A program made the translations under genes and the position numbers. Shown in pieces: positions 10,060 to 19,469 of a stretch of DNA of 64,000 nt (positions are counted from its first letter, which is position 1; the number at the start of each line of letters is the position of its first letter). Origin of the DNA: a virus. Lineage: Duplodnaviria > Caudoviricetes. Location: positions 1,905 through 65,904 of IMG/VR virus record IMGVR_UViG_3300025084_003138, one strand, 5' to 3'. The notes beneath the pieces are model-generated. The model ran no database searches, was not told the origin of the DNA, and was given only the letters and a program-made list of their open reading frames with translations.

Positions 10060-11771
10060 GTTATATTCTTAATACGTCAAATGGATCTATTTTGACTACA
10101 TTAGCTGACGGAATACTTGATAGTACAACAACAAGTATTGGACTAATAGGAAGAAATTATACAGGTTTTGGTGAAACTATAAATGAAAATTTTATAAAAG
10201 TATTAGAAAATTTTGCAAATAGTAGTGCTCCATCAGCACCTTTACCTGGGCAAATTTGGTGGGACACCGGAGAGTCTAGATTAAAGGTATATGACGGAAC
10301 AACTAAATCCTGGCGTACAAGCGGAGGCCCAATTTTGTCTCCAACTTCACCTATAATGGTAGCAGGTGATACATGGATTGACACTGCAAATAGACAACTT
10401 TACTTTAGTGATGGCGTCGGCACTCCGACACTTGTAGGTCCTAGTTATTCCTCATCACAAGGAATATCGGGATTTGTTATTGAAGATATTTTAGATAATG
10501 GCGGCGCAACTAAATCTGTTGCTTCGATGTATGTTGGTAATATAAGAATTGCAATTTTAAGTAAAGAACAGTTTACACCGCTTAATGCAGTTATAGGATT
10601 AACAACAGCAGCTATTGTACCTGGTATGAATTTATTAAATACCACAGGAGAAATTAATCCTGTAATAAGCGGAACAGCAACTAATGCAAAAGGCATTGAC
10701 GGAGTTGGTACTGCTAATTTGCTAAGATCAGATAGTAATGATACTACAATTGGTACAATAAGAATTAAAAATGATGGCGGAATTGGCATTGGCAACGCAC
10801 AAGAATATTTTAATCTTCTTGTTAACAGTCAACGAGATACAGTTTTTAAAAATAATAATTCGAATAGAAAAATGCTGTTTACATTAAGAGGCGGGTCGGC
10901 TACAGACGAAGTTGCACTTGATATAAATCCTGGAAATCGACAAGTAAGTTTTTACCCAACAGTTGGAAATGCCGATGTTCGAGTAAACGGAGACTTAACA
11001 GTTGAGCAAAATTTAGTAGTTAACGGAAGTACTACCACAGTTAACACAGCTACACTTACAGTTGAAGATAAAAATATTGAACTTGCTGCTGCTGAAACTC
11101 CTACAGATGCAATTGCATCCGGCGGCGGCATAACATTAAAAGGAACAACAGATCATACAATAACGTGGCAAGTTGATTTAATTAATGGAAATTATTGGAC
11201 TGTAAGTGATCATTTAAATCTAGCTAATACTAAAGAATATAAAATTAATAATCAATCTATTTTAAGTAGTACACGATTATTTAATACAGTAGTAGAAAGT
11301 AATATTGAACAATTAGGAGATTTAGTAGATCTCACTATTCAAAATGGTCCTTCTATTGTTGGGAACACACTAACTACATCAGATTCGCTTACGTTTAGTA
11401 TTGATGGAGATTTAAATCTTACAAATGGTGTAGGTGATGTTGAAATAAAAGGAGTGTCAACACCTTCTGCATCTAATAGTGCTGCTAATAAAGCATATGT
11501 AGATGTAAAAACTAGAGATACAATTGCATCATTAAGTTTTGATATGACAAATTATAATACTGACAGTAAGTACGATCAGTCAATTACTGCTACTTGGTTA
11601 GAACAGGTAGCTTCGGCAAGTGACAGAAACGTTGGCACGTTAGCCAAAGTTCATTGTGTATTTTACTTATCGGGGGGTTATGAACGTGAAGTTAGAGTTT
11701 ACAATGTTGAATCAACATTAGGTGTACGTGTTTGGGAATTCCAAGGTGTTGAATCAGTGAGTCAACCATAA
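10056..11771 (+). CDS. Tail-fibre-like structural protein (paralog 2)
   Basis: Same N-terminal module (GRNYTGFGETINENFIKVLENFAN..APSAPLPGQIWWDT); beta-shaft motifs (VNGDLTVEQNLVVNGSTTTVNTATLTVEDKNIEL); ATGA overlap with the preceding gene. Confidence 0.8.
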   Translation: MSYILNTSNGSILTTLADGILDSTTTSIGLIGRNYTGFGETINENFIKVLENFANSSAPSAPLPGQIWWDTGESRLKVYDGTTKSWRTSGGPILSPTSPIMVAGDTWIDTANRQLYFSDGVGTPTLVGPSYSSSQGISGFVIEDILDNGGATKSVASMYVGNIRIAILSKEQFTPLNAVIGLTTAAIVPGMNLLNTTGEINPVISGTATNAKGIDGVGTANLLRSDSNDTTIGTIRIKNDGGIGIGNAQEYFNLLVNSQRDTVFKNNNSNRKMLFTLRGGSATDEVALDINPGNRQVSFYPTVGNADVRVNGDLTVEQNLVVNGSTTTVNTATLTVEDKNIELAAAETPTDAIASGGGITLKGTTDHTITWQVDLINGNYWTVSDHLNLANTKEYKINNQSILSSTRLFNTVVESNIEQLGDLVDLTIQNGPSIVGNTLTTSDSLTFSIDGDLNLTNGVGDVEIKGVSTPSASNSAANKAYVDVKTRDTIASLSFDMTNYNTDSKYDQSITATWLEQVASASDRNVGTLAKVHCVFYLSGGYEREVRVYNVESTLGVRVWEFQGVESVSQP

Positions 11772-11783
11772 TTATAAAAAAGC

Positions 11784-11791
11784 ATAAATAC
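11784..11791 (+). promoter_or_regulatory. T4-late-promoter-like motif ATAAATAC
   Basis: Identical 8-mer in the short intergenic gap ~22 nt upstream of the 11814 ATG. Confidence 0.6.
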
Positions 11792-11813
11792 ATTATACTA
11801 ACAGGGGTCAAAA

Positions 11814-13373
11814 ATGGCGTATAGCATACAGAAAACAAATGGCGCAACTTTAACAACTATCGCCGACGGTACAGTTGACAATTCAACTGATATAAAACTA
11901 ATTGGTAAAAACTTTGCAGGATATGGTGAAATACAAAATGAAAACTTTGTATTTTTATTAGAAAATTTTGCTGGAGCAAATCAACCACCGAGAGCAATCC
12001 AAGGACAGATTTGGTTTGACAGCGGTGAAAATAAACTTAAATTTTACGATGGCGGAAATTGGAAAACAACTGGAGGTACAGTTACGTCTCCAGCACAGCC
12101 AGTAGGGTTAGCACTCGGCGAATTATGGTTTAATACAGCTGAACAAAAACTATATGTATATAACGGTGTAGACTTTTCCTTCATTGGCCCCCAAGATGCA
12201 GGCGACGGTGTAACACAAATGCAAAGTAAAGAAATTATTGCTACAGATAATACATCTAAAGCAGTGATTGTTTCTATACTTAATGACGAAGAAGTTGCAA
12301 TTTTTAGTAATGATAACTTTACTATTAAAGATATCGGCACACAGTTTGCAGATTATGCCGGATTTGTTGATGCTGGAAGAACAGTTAAAAAAGGTATTAC
12401 CCTTAAAGATAATGATCTAAATGGCGTAAATTCTGACTATTTCTTTTACGGCACAGCTACTAATGCAAATAGTTTAGGTGGATATAGTGCAGCTAGTTAT
12501 GTAAGATCAGATGCAGCAGCCTTTACAGGGTCAGTTAACTTTGATGATAACGGTATTACAATTGGTAATGATCAAGATTTAGGTATTCTTATAGACGGTG
12601 CTGGCGGCAACGAAATTCACTTAAAGGCTTCACAAAGTTTAATAAAACTTACTACATATAACGGTAGTAGTTTTGAAAATATTGCAAGAATTAATAATAA
12701 TTCGATTCAGCCTGGATACGAAACATCAGCAGCCGATCAAGGACCGAGAGACTTAGGTTCTACAGCAAACAAATGGAACGAAGTACATGCTACTAGTTTT
12801 AAAGGTGTTGCAGATAGATCTAAAGAAATGCTTGTAGGAGCAGAAGCAAATGGCGAATATATTACAGCTTCTTATACTTATAATCCGGGTGTTGATGAAA
12901 ATAAAATAGTTGCAAGAGACGACACTGGAAATATTTCAGCAAACGTATTAATTGGTACTGCTTCACAAGCAAAGTTTGCTGACTTAGCGGAAATATATAA
13001 ATCAGAAAACAACGATCTTCCTAACGGAACAATTGTTGGTATTATAGGCGGTGTAGGCAATACAGAAATAGGACCTGCATTTATAAATGGAGCTGAAGGT
13101 TCTGCTGTAATTGGAATTATTAGTACAAATCCAGCATACTTAATGAATGCAGAAGCTGACGGACAAGCGGTAGGACTAATAGGAAGACTACCTACTCTAG
13201 TTAAAGGTATAGGTAGAAAAATGGGAGCTCCTGTTTATCTTAGTGATGAACCAGGAATTGGTACAACTTCGCCAGAAGAAGGAATGTCAGAAATTCGTAT
13301 AGGATATATATTAGAAGAAGATGCAGGCGACTCGGATACTCCGACTCTTGTTGAATGTTTTGTAAAGGTTTAA
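11814..13373 (+). CDS. Tail-fibre-like protein (paralog 3) with C-terminal peptidase-G2-like/intramolecular chaperone-type domain
   Basis: Shared N-terminal module (GKNFAGYGEIQNENFVFLLENFAG..QPPRAIQGQIWFDS); the C-terminus ADLAEIY...GTIV...VIGIISTNPAYLMN...VGLIGRLPTLVKG matches the pattern of fibre-terminal autoproteolytic/chaperone domains. Confidence 0.75.
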   Translation: MAYSIQKTNGATLTTIADGTVDNSTDIKLIGKNFAGYGEIQNENFVFLLENFAGANQPPRAIQGQIWFDSGENKLKFYDGGNWKTTGGTVTSPAQPVGLALGELWFNTAEQKLYVYNGVDFSFIGPQDAGDGVTQMQSKEIIATDNTSKAVIVSILNDEEVAIFSNDNFTIKDIGTQFADYAGFVDAGRTVKKGITLKDNDLNGVNSDYFFYGTATNANSLGGYSAASYVRSDAAAFTGSVNFDDNGITIGNDQDLGILIDGAGGNEIHLKASQSLIKLTTYNGSSFENIARINNNSIQPGYETSAADQGPRDLGSTANKWNEVHATSFKGVADRSKEMLVGAEANGEYITASYTYNPGVDENKIVARDDTGNISANVLIGTASQAKFADLAEIYKSENNDLPNGTIVGIIGGVGNTEIGPAFINGAEGSAVIGIISTNPAYLMNAEADGQAVGLIGRLPTLVKGIGRKMGAPVYLSDEPGIGTTSPEEGMSEIRIGYILEEDAGDSDTPTLVECFVKV

Positions 13374-13387
13374 AGAGGAGATAAACG

Positions 13388-14407
13388 ATGGTAGCAGTTG
13401 GCGCAGTAATACAGGATACCGATTATAATAATATTCGAGACGATATTATTGGAGTACTAGGCACACCGTCCGGGACACAAGGAAACTCATCATCTAATCA
13501 AGGATACGGGCAACCATTAGAGAGTAATTCAGTCGCAGCAGGCGCAACTGTTACAGCTGATGATCTTAATAGATTATATCTTGATATATATACTTGTAGA
13601 CTACATCAAGTTAACGGTACAGGCTTTGCAGTACAAGAAGTTAGTACAGGCAATGTAATTGGTGCTGATGCAAGTGGAACAGATGTTGACACTCTTACAC
13701 TCTTGCAGCAAGGTTTTAACGACTATGCAGCAGAAGCAACAAATTCTGTAAATGGAAGAAATACACATAGTGCAAGTTATCTAGCTGCTGACACAGCAAC
13801 AAATAAACAACGTACAACGGCTTGGGGATATGGCGGATTTAACACTATTGACCATTATCTAACAGTAACATTTGCAGGACAAACTAAATCTTCAGCTAGT
13901 GGCAATTCGTTAGCCTTAACAGCAGCAAATCATGCTAGAGCATTTTTTAATACAGGTGGCGAAATAAGATTATTTGCAACACGTACCGGCGGCGCTGGTC
14001 ATACTAAAAACACTGACTGGACAAATATGTTAGCTACATATATTAACACTATTAGTATGAGTGGATCTACTTCATCTGTTAATGGTGACGGTCTTGGTGT
14101 TTCTAATAATACAATTGGTTTTTATGATTTAACAACATCGGAGCAAGTAGTAGTATCAGCAGTCGGATCAACATATGCAGCTAATACATATACACTGAGG
14201 GCTAAAGTTGATAATGCAACAAACCCAACCGCTATTACTTTTAGAATTACACTAACTGACGGAGATGATCAGTTTGCTAGTGTTGACCCAAGTGTTGACG
14301 GTACACTAACTAGTAATATTCAAGTATATAGAGCACAAGACGGTAACAATATAATAGAAATTGATGCACCATCAGTTAATACAAATGCTACCGGAACTAC
14401 ACTTTAA
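13388..14407 (+). CDS. Virion structural protein, 339 aa
   Basis: GAGGAG RBS; Thr/Ala/Gly/Asn-rich composition; last gene of the structural run. Confidence 0.6.
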   Translation: MVAVGAVIQDTDYNNIRDDIIGVLGTPSGTQGNSSSNQGYGQPLESNSVAAGATVTADDLNRLYLDIYTCRLHQVNGTGFAVQEVSTGNVIGADASGTDVDTLTLLQQGFNDYAAEATNSVNGRNTHSASYLAADTATNKQRTTAWGYGGFNTIDHYLTVTFAGQTKSSASGNSLALTAANHARAFFNTGGEIRLFATRTGGAGHTKNTDWTNMLATYINTISMSGSTSSVNGDGLGVSNNTIGFYDLTTSEQVVVSAVGSTYAANTYTLRAKVDNATNPTAITFRITLTDGDDQFASVDPSVDGTLTSNIQVYRAQDGNNIIEIDAPSVNTNATGTTL

Positions 14408-14420
14408 TTTCACTTATTGC

Positions 14421-14449
14421 TTGACATTTAGATAGATATAGTATATACT
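14421..14449 (+). promoter_or_regulatory. Sigma70-type promoter TTGACA-N17-TATACT
   Basis: TTGACA at 14421-14426, 17-bp spacer, TATACT at 14444-14449; AAGGAG RBS at 14463-14468 before the ATG at 14474. Confidence 0.8.
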
Positions 14450-14473
14450 ATAAGAAGTATATAAGGAGTATCT

Positions 14474-14827
14474 ATGGACCCTCGTCTTGAAAACGCATTA
14501 TCTTTTGCAAATTATAATCTCACACTCGAAAAAGAAAAACTACAAGCCAAAGAAAATTTTAGAATAGGTAGAGTAATTTATCGAAATAAAGGACAGTTTA
14601 CTATTACAGTTGAACTACTATCTTATTGTAAAATTCTAATTGATTCTGACAACACCGAAGATGTTGTGCTAATAGACGATAATGAAACCCCAATTTTAAT
14701 TGAAGATCTAACAGAATTTTATCAATTAATTTTGTCTCAATATTCGATTGTGTGTAATGATTACTACGAACGTTTTTCTTCATTGTCGAAAAAACGAAAT
14801 GTTGAGGACATAGTGTTTAATGACTAA
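14474..14827 (+). CDS. Hypothetical protein, 117 aa
   Basis: ORF with strong RBS; overlaps the next gene; no recognisable motif. Confidence 0.75.
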   Translation: MDPRLENALSFANYNLTLEKEKLQAKENFRIGRVIYRNKGQFTITVELLSYCKILIDSDNTEDVVLIDDNETPILIEDLTEFYQLILSQYSIVCNDYYERFSSLSKKRNVEDIVFND

Positions 14828-15677
14828 AGGGGTATTATTATTTGCAAATAATAACGAAAGTATAGATTATGTAACGCAAGCATACCAGTTAGCAAAGCGT
14901 ATAAATCAATATTTAAATTTACCTACTAGCATTGTTACTACTGACAAAAATTATCTGCAAAAAACATTTAGCGACTATGATGAAGTATTTGATGAAATTA
15001 TCGAAACTGACCAAGAGTTAGTTAAGAATAATAGAGTTTATCATGACGGTATTGCATCTAATCAAATTCTAAATTTTAGGAATAATCTAAGACCATATGC
15101 ATATGATTTATCGCCTTATGACAGTACTATTGTAATGGATGTTGATTATATTATATGTAGTGATCATCTTTCAAAATGTTTTGATCAAACAGAGGATTTC
15201 CTAATCTACAAAGACGGAACATATTTAGGAATTGACGAAAAATATACAAAAGAATTTAGTTATGTAAGCGACGGTGGAATAGATTTTTATTGGGCTACTG
15301 TTGTTTATTTTGAAAAGACAAAAAAGAACAACGTATTTTTTGAGTTATTAAAACATATACAAGATAACTGGTATCACTATGTACTATTGTATAAACTACC
15401 TAACACAATGTATCGAAATGATTTTGCTTTTAGTATAGCAATACACATAATGAATGATTATGGTTCTTTAGATATGTTTAAAACAATGCCAACAAGTATT
15501 CTATATACTCTAGACGTTGATATATTACATTCTATAAAAGATGATGTGTTAATTTTATTAACTGGAAAACAAGGACATCCAGGAGAATATGTAGCACACA
15601 GGACTCAAGGATTAGATGTACATGTAATGAATAAATTTAGTCTAGATAGATTATACAAAGGAGAACAACATGTCTAA
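14820..15677 (+). CDS. Glycosyltransferase-like protein (GT-A fold, GT8/GT71-like)
   Basis: N-terminal KGVLLFA strand, 'PYAYDLSPYDSTIVMDVDYII' with a DxD motif, 'YWATVVYF', 'RNDFAFSIA', 'HVMNK'; paralogous to 15670..16530. Confidence 0.6.
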   Translation: MTKGVLLFANNNESIDYVTQAYQLAKRINQYLNLPTSIVTTDKNYLQKTFSDYDEVFDEIIETDQELVKNNRVYHDGIASNQILNFRNNLRPYAYDLSPYDSTIVMDVDYIICSDHLSKCFDQTEDFLIYKDGTYLGIDEKYTKEFSYVSDGGIDFYWATVVYFEKTKKNNVFFELLKHIQDNWYHYVLLYKLPNTMYRNDFAFSIAIHIMNDYGSLDMFKTMPTSILYTLDVDILHSIKDDVLILLTGKQGHPGEYVAHRTQGLDVHVMNKFSLDRLYKGEQHV

Positions 15678-16530
15678 GGGTTTTGTTTTTCTTGCTCAAA
15701 ATAACGATACAACTGATTATGTTAAACAATCATATTTGTTAGCATGTAGTATCAAAGCTACACAACACACAAATAATGCAACCTGTTTAATTACAAACGA
15801 AGTAGTACCTGAAGAGTATAAAAAAGTATTTGATCATATTGTAGATATTCCGTGGAGCGATGATGCAAAAGAATCTAAATGGAAAATTGAAAATAGGTGG
15901 AAAATATACCATGCTACTCCGTTTGATGAGAATATTGTATTAGATACAGACATGTTAATTCTAGAAGATATTGAACATTGGTGGAAATATTTAGATTCAT
16001 ATGACTTATATTTTACAACAAATGTTAGAACATTTAGAGATAAACCGATTACTGAAGGATTATGGCATTATAGAAAAGCATTTATTCGATATGATTTACC
16101 AAAGATATATGTTGGCGTACATTATTTTAAAAAGTCCGAACTAGCCCACAAGTTCTATAAATGGTTAGAATTTATAAATCAAAATTGGGAAATGTTTTAT
16201 GGAGAGTTTGCCGGAGGCAATGCTTTTCAAAAATGGGCAAGTATTGATGTAAGTTCGGCAATAGCAATTAAGCTTCTAGGTATTAGTAGTCAAGTTACAA
16301 ATTCAATAAGCGATATTCCGAAATTTGTGCATATGAAAACATATCATCAAGGAGTAAGTAATTTACACAACAGTTGGCAAGGATATGTAAATTCATATAT
16401 GGACGACGAATTAAATTTGAGAATTGGTAATTATAAGCAAAATGGTATATTTCATTATGTAGAAGATAGTTTTGTTACAGATTCTCTAATAGAGAAATAC
16501 GAAGGATATTTAAGTAAAAATGAATTTTAA
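15670..16530 (+). CDS. Glycosyltransferase-like protein (GT-A fold), paralog of the preceding gene
   Basis: 'KGFVFLAQN', 'YHATPFDENIVLDTDML' (DxD), 'YVGVHYFKKS', 'FVHMK', 'FHYVE'; same motif layout as 14820..15677. Confidence 0.6.
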   Translation: MSKGFVFLAQNNDTTDYVKQSYLLACSIKATQHTNNATCLITNEVVPEEYKKVFDHIVDIPWSDDAKESKWKIENRWKIYHATPFDENIVLDTDMLILEDIEHWWKYLDSYDLYFTTNVRTFRDKPITEGLWHYRKAFIRYDLPKIYVGVHYFKKSELAHKFYKWLEFINQNWEMFYGEFAGGNAFQKWASIDVSSAIAIKLLGISSQVTNSISDIPKFVHMKTYHQGVSNLHNSWQGYVNSYMDDELNLRIGNYKQNGIFHYVEDSFVTDSLIEKYEGYLSKNEF

Positions 16531-17116
16531 AAAAGAGTTTTCTCGATTAAATGCACTGTCACATAAAGATCCTAAGTGGTATTGTAATTTTGATAAAAAA
16601 ACTGGAGTAATTTATTCAGTTAAGAATCATAATAACGACAGCGATAGTTACATTACTATAGAGCATACTATGGCACTTGATTTTAATAATAGAAATAAAA
16701 GTTTAGACGATTATCAGATAGTTTGGAATAAAGATCAAAAGAAGTACAAACTATTAAAAAAAACAGATACAACAATTGAATCTGTAAAAAACACATTTAT
16801 GGAAATTACTAATAACGAAGTAGGCGAAGTTGTAGTTACTAAAAATTATAAAACTAAAGAGTGGCAATTTTCAGTTGACAACGATGTTAAAGAGCGTTAT
16901 AATAATGGAACAGTAATAGAAGGAGATGCATTGCATTTTAGTGTAACAGCAAAGTGTAACCCGCATATTCTTTATAGAACTATTACAGTTTCGATTGTGG
17001 AATTATTCGAAAATGATGTGAACATTAATTTCGATAATAGTGACATACAACAAACTAATTTTAGTATCTACACTAATAAAAAGATAGACTCGTATGCAAT
17101 TAAAGAGCTTATATAA
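16520..17116 (+). CDS. Hypothetical protein, 198 aa
   Basis: Overlap-coupled ORF within the GT block; no recognisable motif. Confidence 0.7.
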   Translation: MNFKKEFSRLNALSHKDPKWYCNFDKKTGVIYSVKNHNNDSDSYITIEHTMALDFNNRNKSLDDYQIVWNKDQKKYKLLKKTDTTIESVKNTFMEITNNEVGEVVVTKNYKTKEWQFSVDNDVKERYNNGTVIEGDALHFSVTAKCNPHILYRTITVSIVELFENDVNINFDNSDIQQTNFSIYTNKKIDSYAIKELI

Positions 17117-18060
17117 TGGATAATAAATTTAAAATTGTCGACTATGATATTATATATCTAAGTTATGATGAACCAAATGCTGAAAAAAACTATGCAGATT
17201 TGTGTAGTAAAATTCCGTGGGCAAAAAGAGTACATGGTGTAAAAGGTTCAGATGCCGCGCACAAGGCATGTGCAGAATTAAGTGAAACAGATCGTTTCAT
17301 TACAGTAGACGGCGACAACATAATACACACAAAGTTTTTACATAAAGAATATGATCTCAGTTCACATGAAGATACTCATTGGAACAGCAATGTAGATTTT
17401 GATAAGTGTGTAATAAGTTGGACAGGCCGTAATATAATTAATGGTTTAGAGTACGGTAATGGCGGCTTAAAATGTTGGCCTAAAGAGTACGTGTTGAATA
17501 TGCGTACACATGAAAATGCTGACCCTGACAATACCCATGCACAAGTAGACTTTTGTTGGGATCTCCAATATATACAAATGAATACGTGTTACAGCGAAGT
17601 AATGAATAATGCAACTCCGCAACAAGCATGGCGAGCTGGATTTAGAGAAGGTGTTAAAATGGCACTTGATCGAGGAGTAAGGCCTACGCAGGAAGATTTT
17701 CTAAATGGACATTGGAAAAACTTACATATGCTTTGGATATGGATGATGATTGGTGCAGATGTAGAAAATGGACGCTGGGCTATATACGGTGCAAGAGAAG
17801 GTTTGTACAAGACAATGTGTACAGATTGGGACTATGTACAAGTTCGTGACTTTGAATGGCTTAACGACTACTGGAATAGCAAACAATTAGATGAAGATCA
17901 AATGGAACAGGACACAGTTGACCTTGGGTATTCATTAATAGATGAGCTTCAGTTGCCTATCGCAGCTGATCCTCTTAACGGAACTCAAAGTTTATTTTTT
18001 AAAACAGTATATCAAACACCTGAAAGACGAAAACAAGATCTTTTGATTGAAAGTACATGA
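17116..18060 (+). CDS. Glycosyltransferase-like protein (GT-A, DGD motif)
   Basis: YDIIYLSYDEPNA...RVHGVKGSDAAHKACA...FITVDGDN...YGNGGLKCWP...AWRAGFREGVKM; clearly homologous to the C-terminal domain of 28945..31560. Confidence 0.6.
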   Translation: MDNKFKIVDYDIIYLSYDEPNAEKNYADLCSKIPWAKRVHGVKGSDAAHKACAELSETDRFITVDGDNIIHTKFLHKEYDLSSHEDTHWNSNVDFDKCVISWTGRNIINGLEYGNGGLKCWPKEYVLNMRTHENADPDNTHAQVDFCWDLQYIQMNTCYSEVMNNATPQQAWRAGFREGVKMALDRGVRPTQEDFLNGHWKNLHMLWIWMMIGADVENGRWAIYGAREGLYKTMCTDWDYVQVRDFEWLNDYWNSKQLDEDQMEQDTVDLGYSLIDELQLPIAADPLNGTQSLFFKTVYQTPERRKQDLLIEST

Positions 18061-19469
18061 CAGATAATATTAAAGGTGACGAAGTAACTCTACTTAATGG
18101 AAAATATAAAAGTGTATATTTTGAAAGTAGTAAAGAAGTACTTGACGGACTTAATAGCGTAAGTCCTAGTTTTTGTTTGGCTAAATGGTATAATGTAAGT
18201 ATACACATTCCAACTGGTCAAACACATAGCTGTTATCATCCTCCAACACACAAAATACCGTTAGATGAATTAGCAAAATCTGCCGATGCCCTGCATAACA
18301 CAAAACATAAAAAAGAACAGCGTAAAAAAATGCTTGCAGGAGAGCGTCCTAAAGAATGTGAATTTTGTTGGGCAATTGAAGATCAAGGCAATATTAGTGA
18401 TCGTGCGTATCGTAGCAAGGATGTGTATCAACCGGGAATGTTAGAACAAGCCCTAACTGACGAAAATCCTAAACCTAGATATGTAGAAGTTAATTTTAAT
18501 CAGGCATGTAATTTAAAATGTGCATATTGTAGTCCGCACTTGTCAACAGAATGGCATAAAGAAGTAAAAAAACACGGGTCGTATAAACTTGCTGACAAGG
18601 AACACAATCATCCAAATTGGGTTGATAGTTTAGGTATTAATAATGCTCCTGATAGTCCTTATGTACAAGCATTTTGGGAATGGTTTCCTGATATATATCC
18701 TACACTTACAACATTTCGAATGACAGGCGGCGAGCCTTTAATGGATAAAAATACGTTTAAAGTATTTGATTACGTAAAACAAAATCCTAATAAAAATTTA
18801 CACCTAAGTATTACTAGTAACTGTTCACCTCCAAAAGGTCAATGGGGTAAATTTATGACTAGTCTAAAAGAAATAACAGATGCAGATGCAATTGATCATT
18901 TTATGTTATTTTGTAGTTTAGATAGTTGGGGCGAGCAAGCTGAATACATTCGTAACGGACTCAATTTTGAGGATCTTTACAAAAATATTACACAATACCT
19001 AAGAGAAAGCTCGAAGCACAGTTTAACATTTATTGTAACTGCTAATTTATTAAGTTTACCTGGCTGGACTGAATATATTAAAAATATTCTTAAACTGCGT
19101 CAAGAATTTAATACTGATCGTCAGCTAATTTGGTTTGATACTCCTATGTTACATGACCCTAAATGGTTAAGTATGAAGTTAGCAAACAAAGAAATGTTAC
19201 AACCTTTGTTAGATAGCATTGAATTCATGGAGTCTAATAAAGAAACTACTAACAACAGATTCAAAGGGTTCAAAGATTATGAAGTTGATAAAGTCAAAAG
19301 ACTGTATAATTGGGCAGTTGAACCATTAAATACACAAGAAGAGTTTTTAGCTAAAAAGAATTTTGATTTGTTTTTTACACAACATGATACTAGACGAAAT
19401 ACTAATATAAGAAAAACGTTTCCAGAATTAACAACCTTTATAGAAGAATGTAGGATAATAAATGAGTAG
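18057..19469 (+). CDS. Radical SAM enzyme with N-terminal twitch (half-SPASM) domain
   Basis: N-terminal CLAKW..SCYH..CEFCW Fe-S ligands; CxxxCxxC = NQACNLKCAYC; MTGGEP; CSLDSWGEQAEYIRNG. Confidence 0.9.
   Translation: MTDNIKGDEVTLLNGKYKSVYFESSKEVLDGLNSVSPSFCLAKWYNVSIHIPTGQTHSCYHPPTHKIPLDELAKSADALHNTKHKKEQRKKMLAGERPKECEFCWAIEDQGNISDRAYRSKDVYQPGMLEQALTDENPKPRYVEVNFNQACNLKCAYCSPHLSTEWHKEVKKHGSYKLADKEHNHPNWVDSLGINNAPDSPYVQAFWEWFPDIYPTLTTFRMTGGEPLMDKNTFKVFDYVKQNPNKNLHLSITSNCSPPKGQWGKFMTSLKEITDADAIDHFMLFCSLDSWGEQAEYIRNGLNFEDLYKNITQYLRESSKHSLTFIVTANLLSLPGWTEYIKNILKLRQEFNTDRQLIWFDTPMLHDPKWLSMKLANKEMLQPLLDSIEFMESNKETTNNRFKGFKDYEVDKVKRLYNWAVEPLNTQEEFLAKKNFDLFFTQHDTRRNTNIRKTFPELTTFIEECRIINE

Noticed and set aside
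1120-13060. Antisense ORFs over the structural genes (e.g. 8157..8696, 8835..9332, 10445..10795)
   Set aside because: They are shadows of Gly/Thr/Asn-rich, T/A-ending codon usage on the coding strand and have no RBS or motifs.
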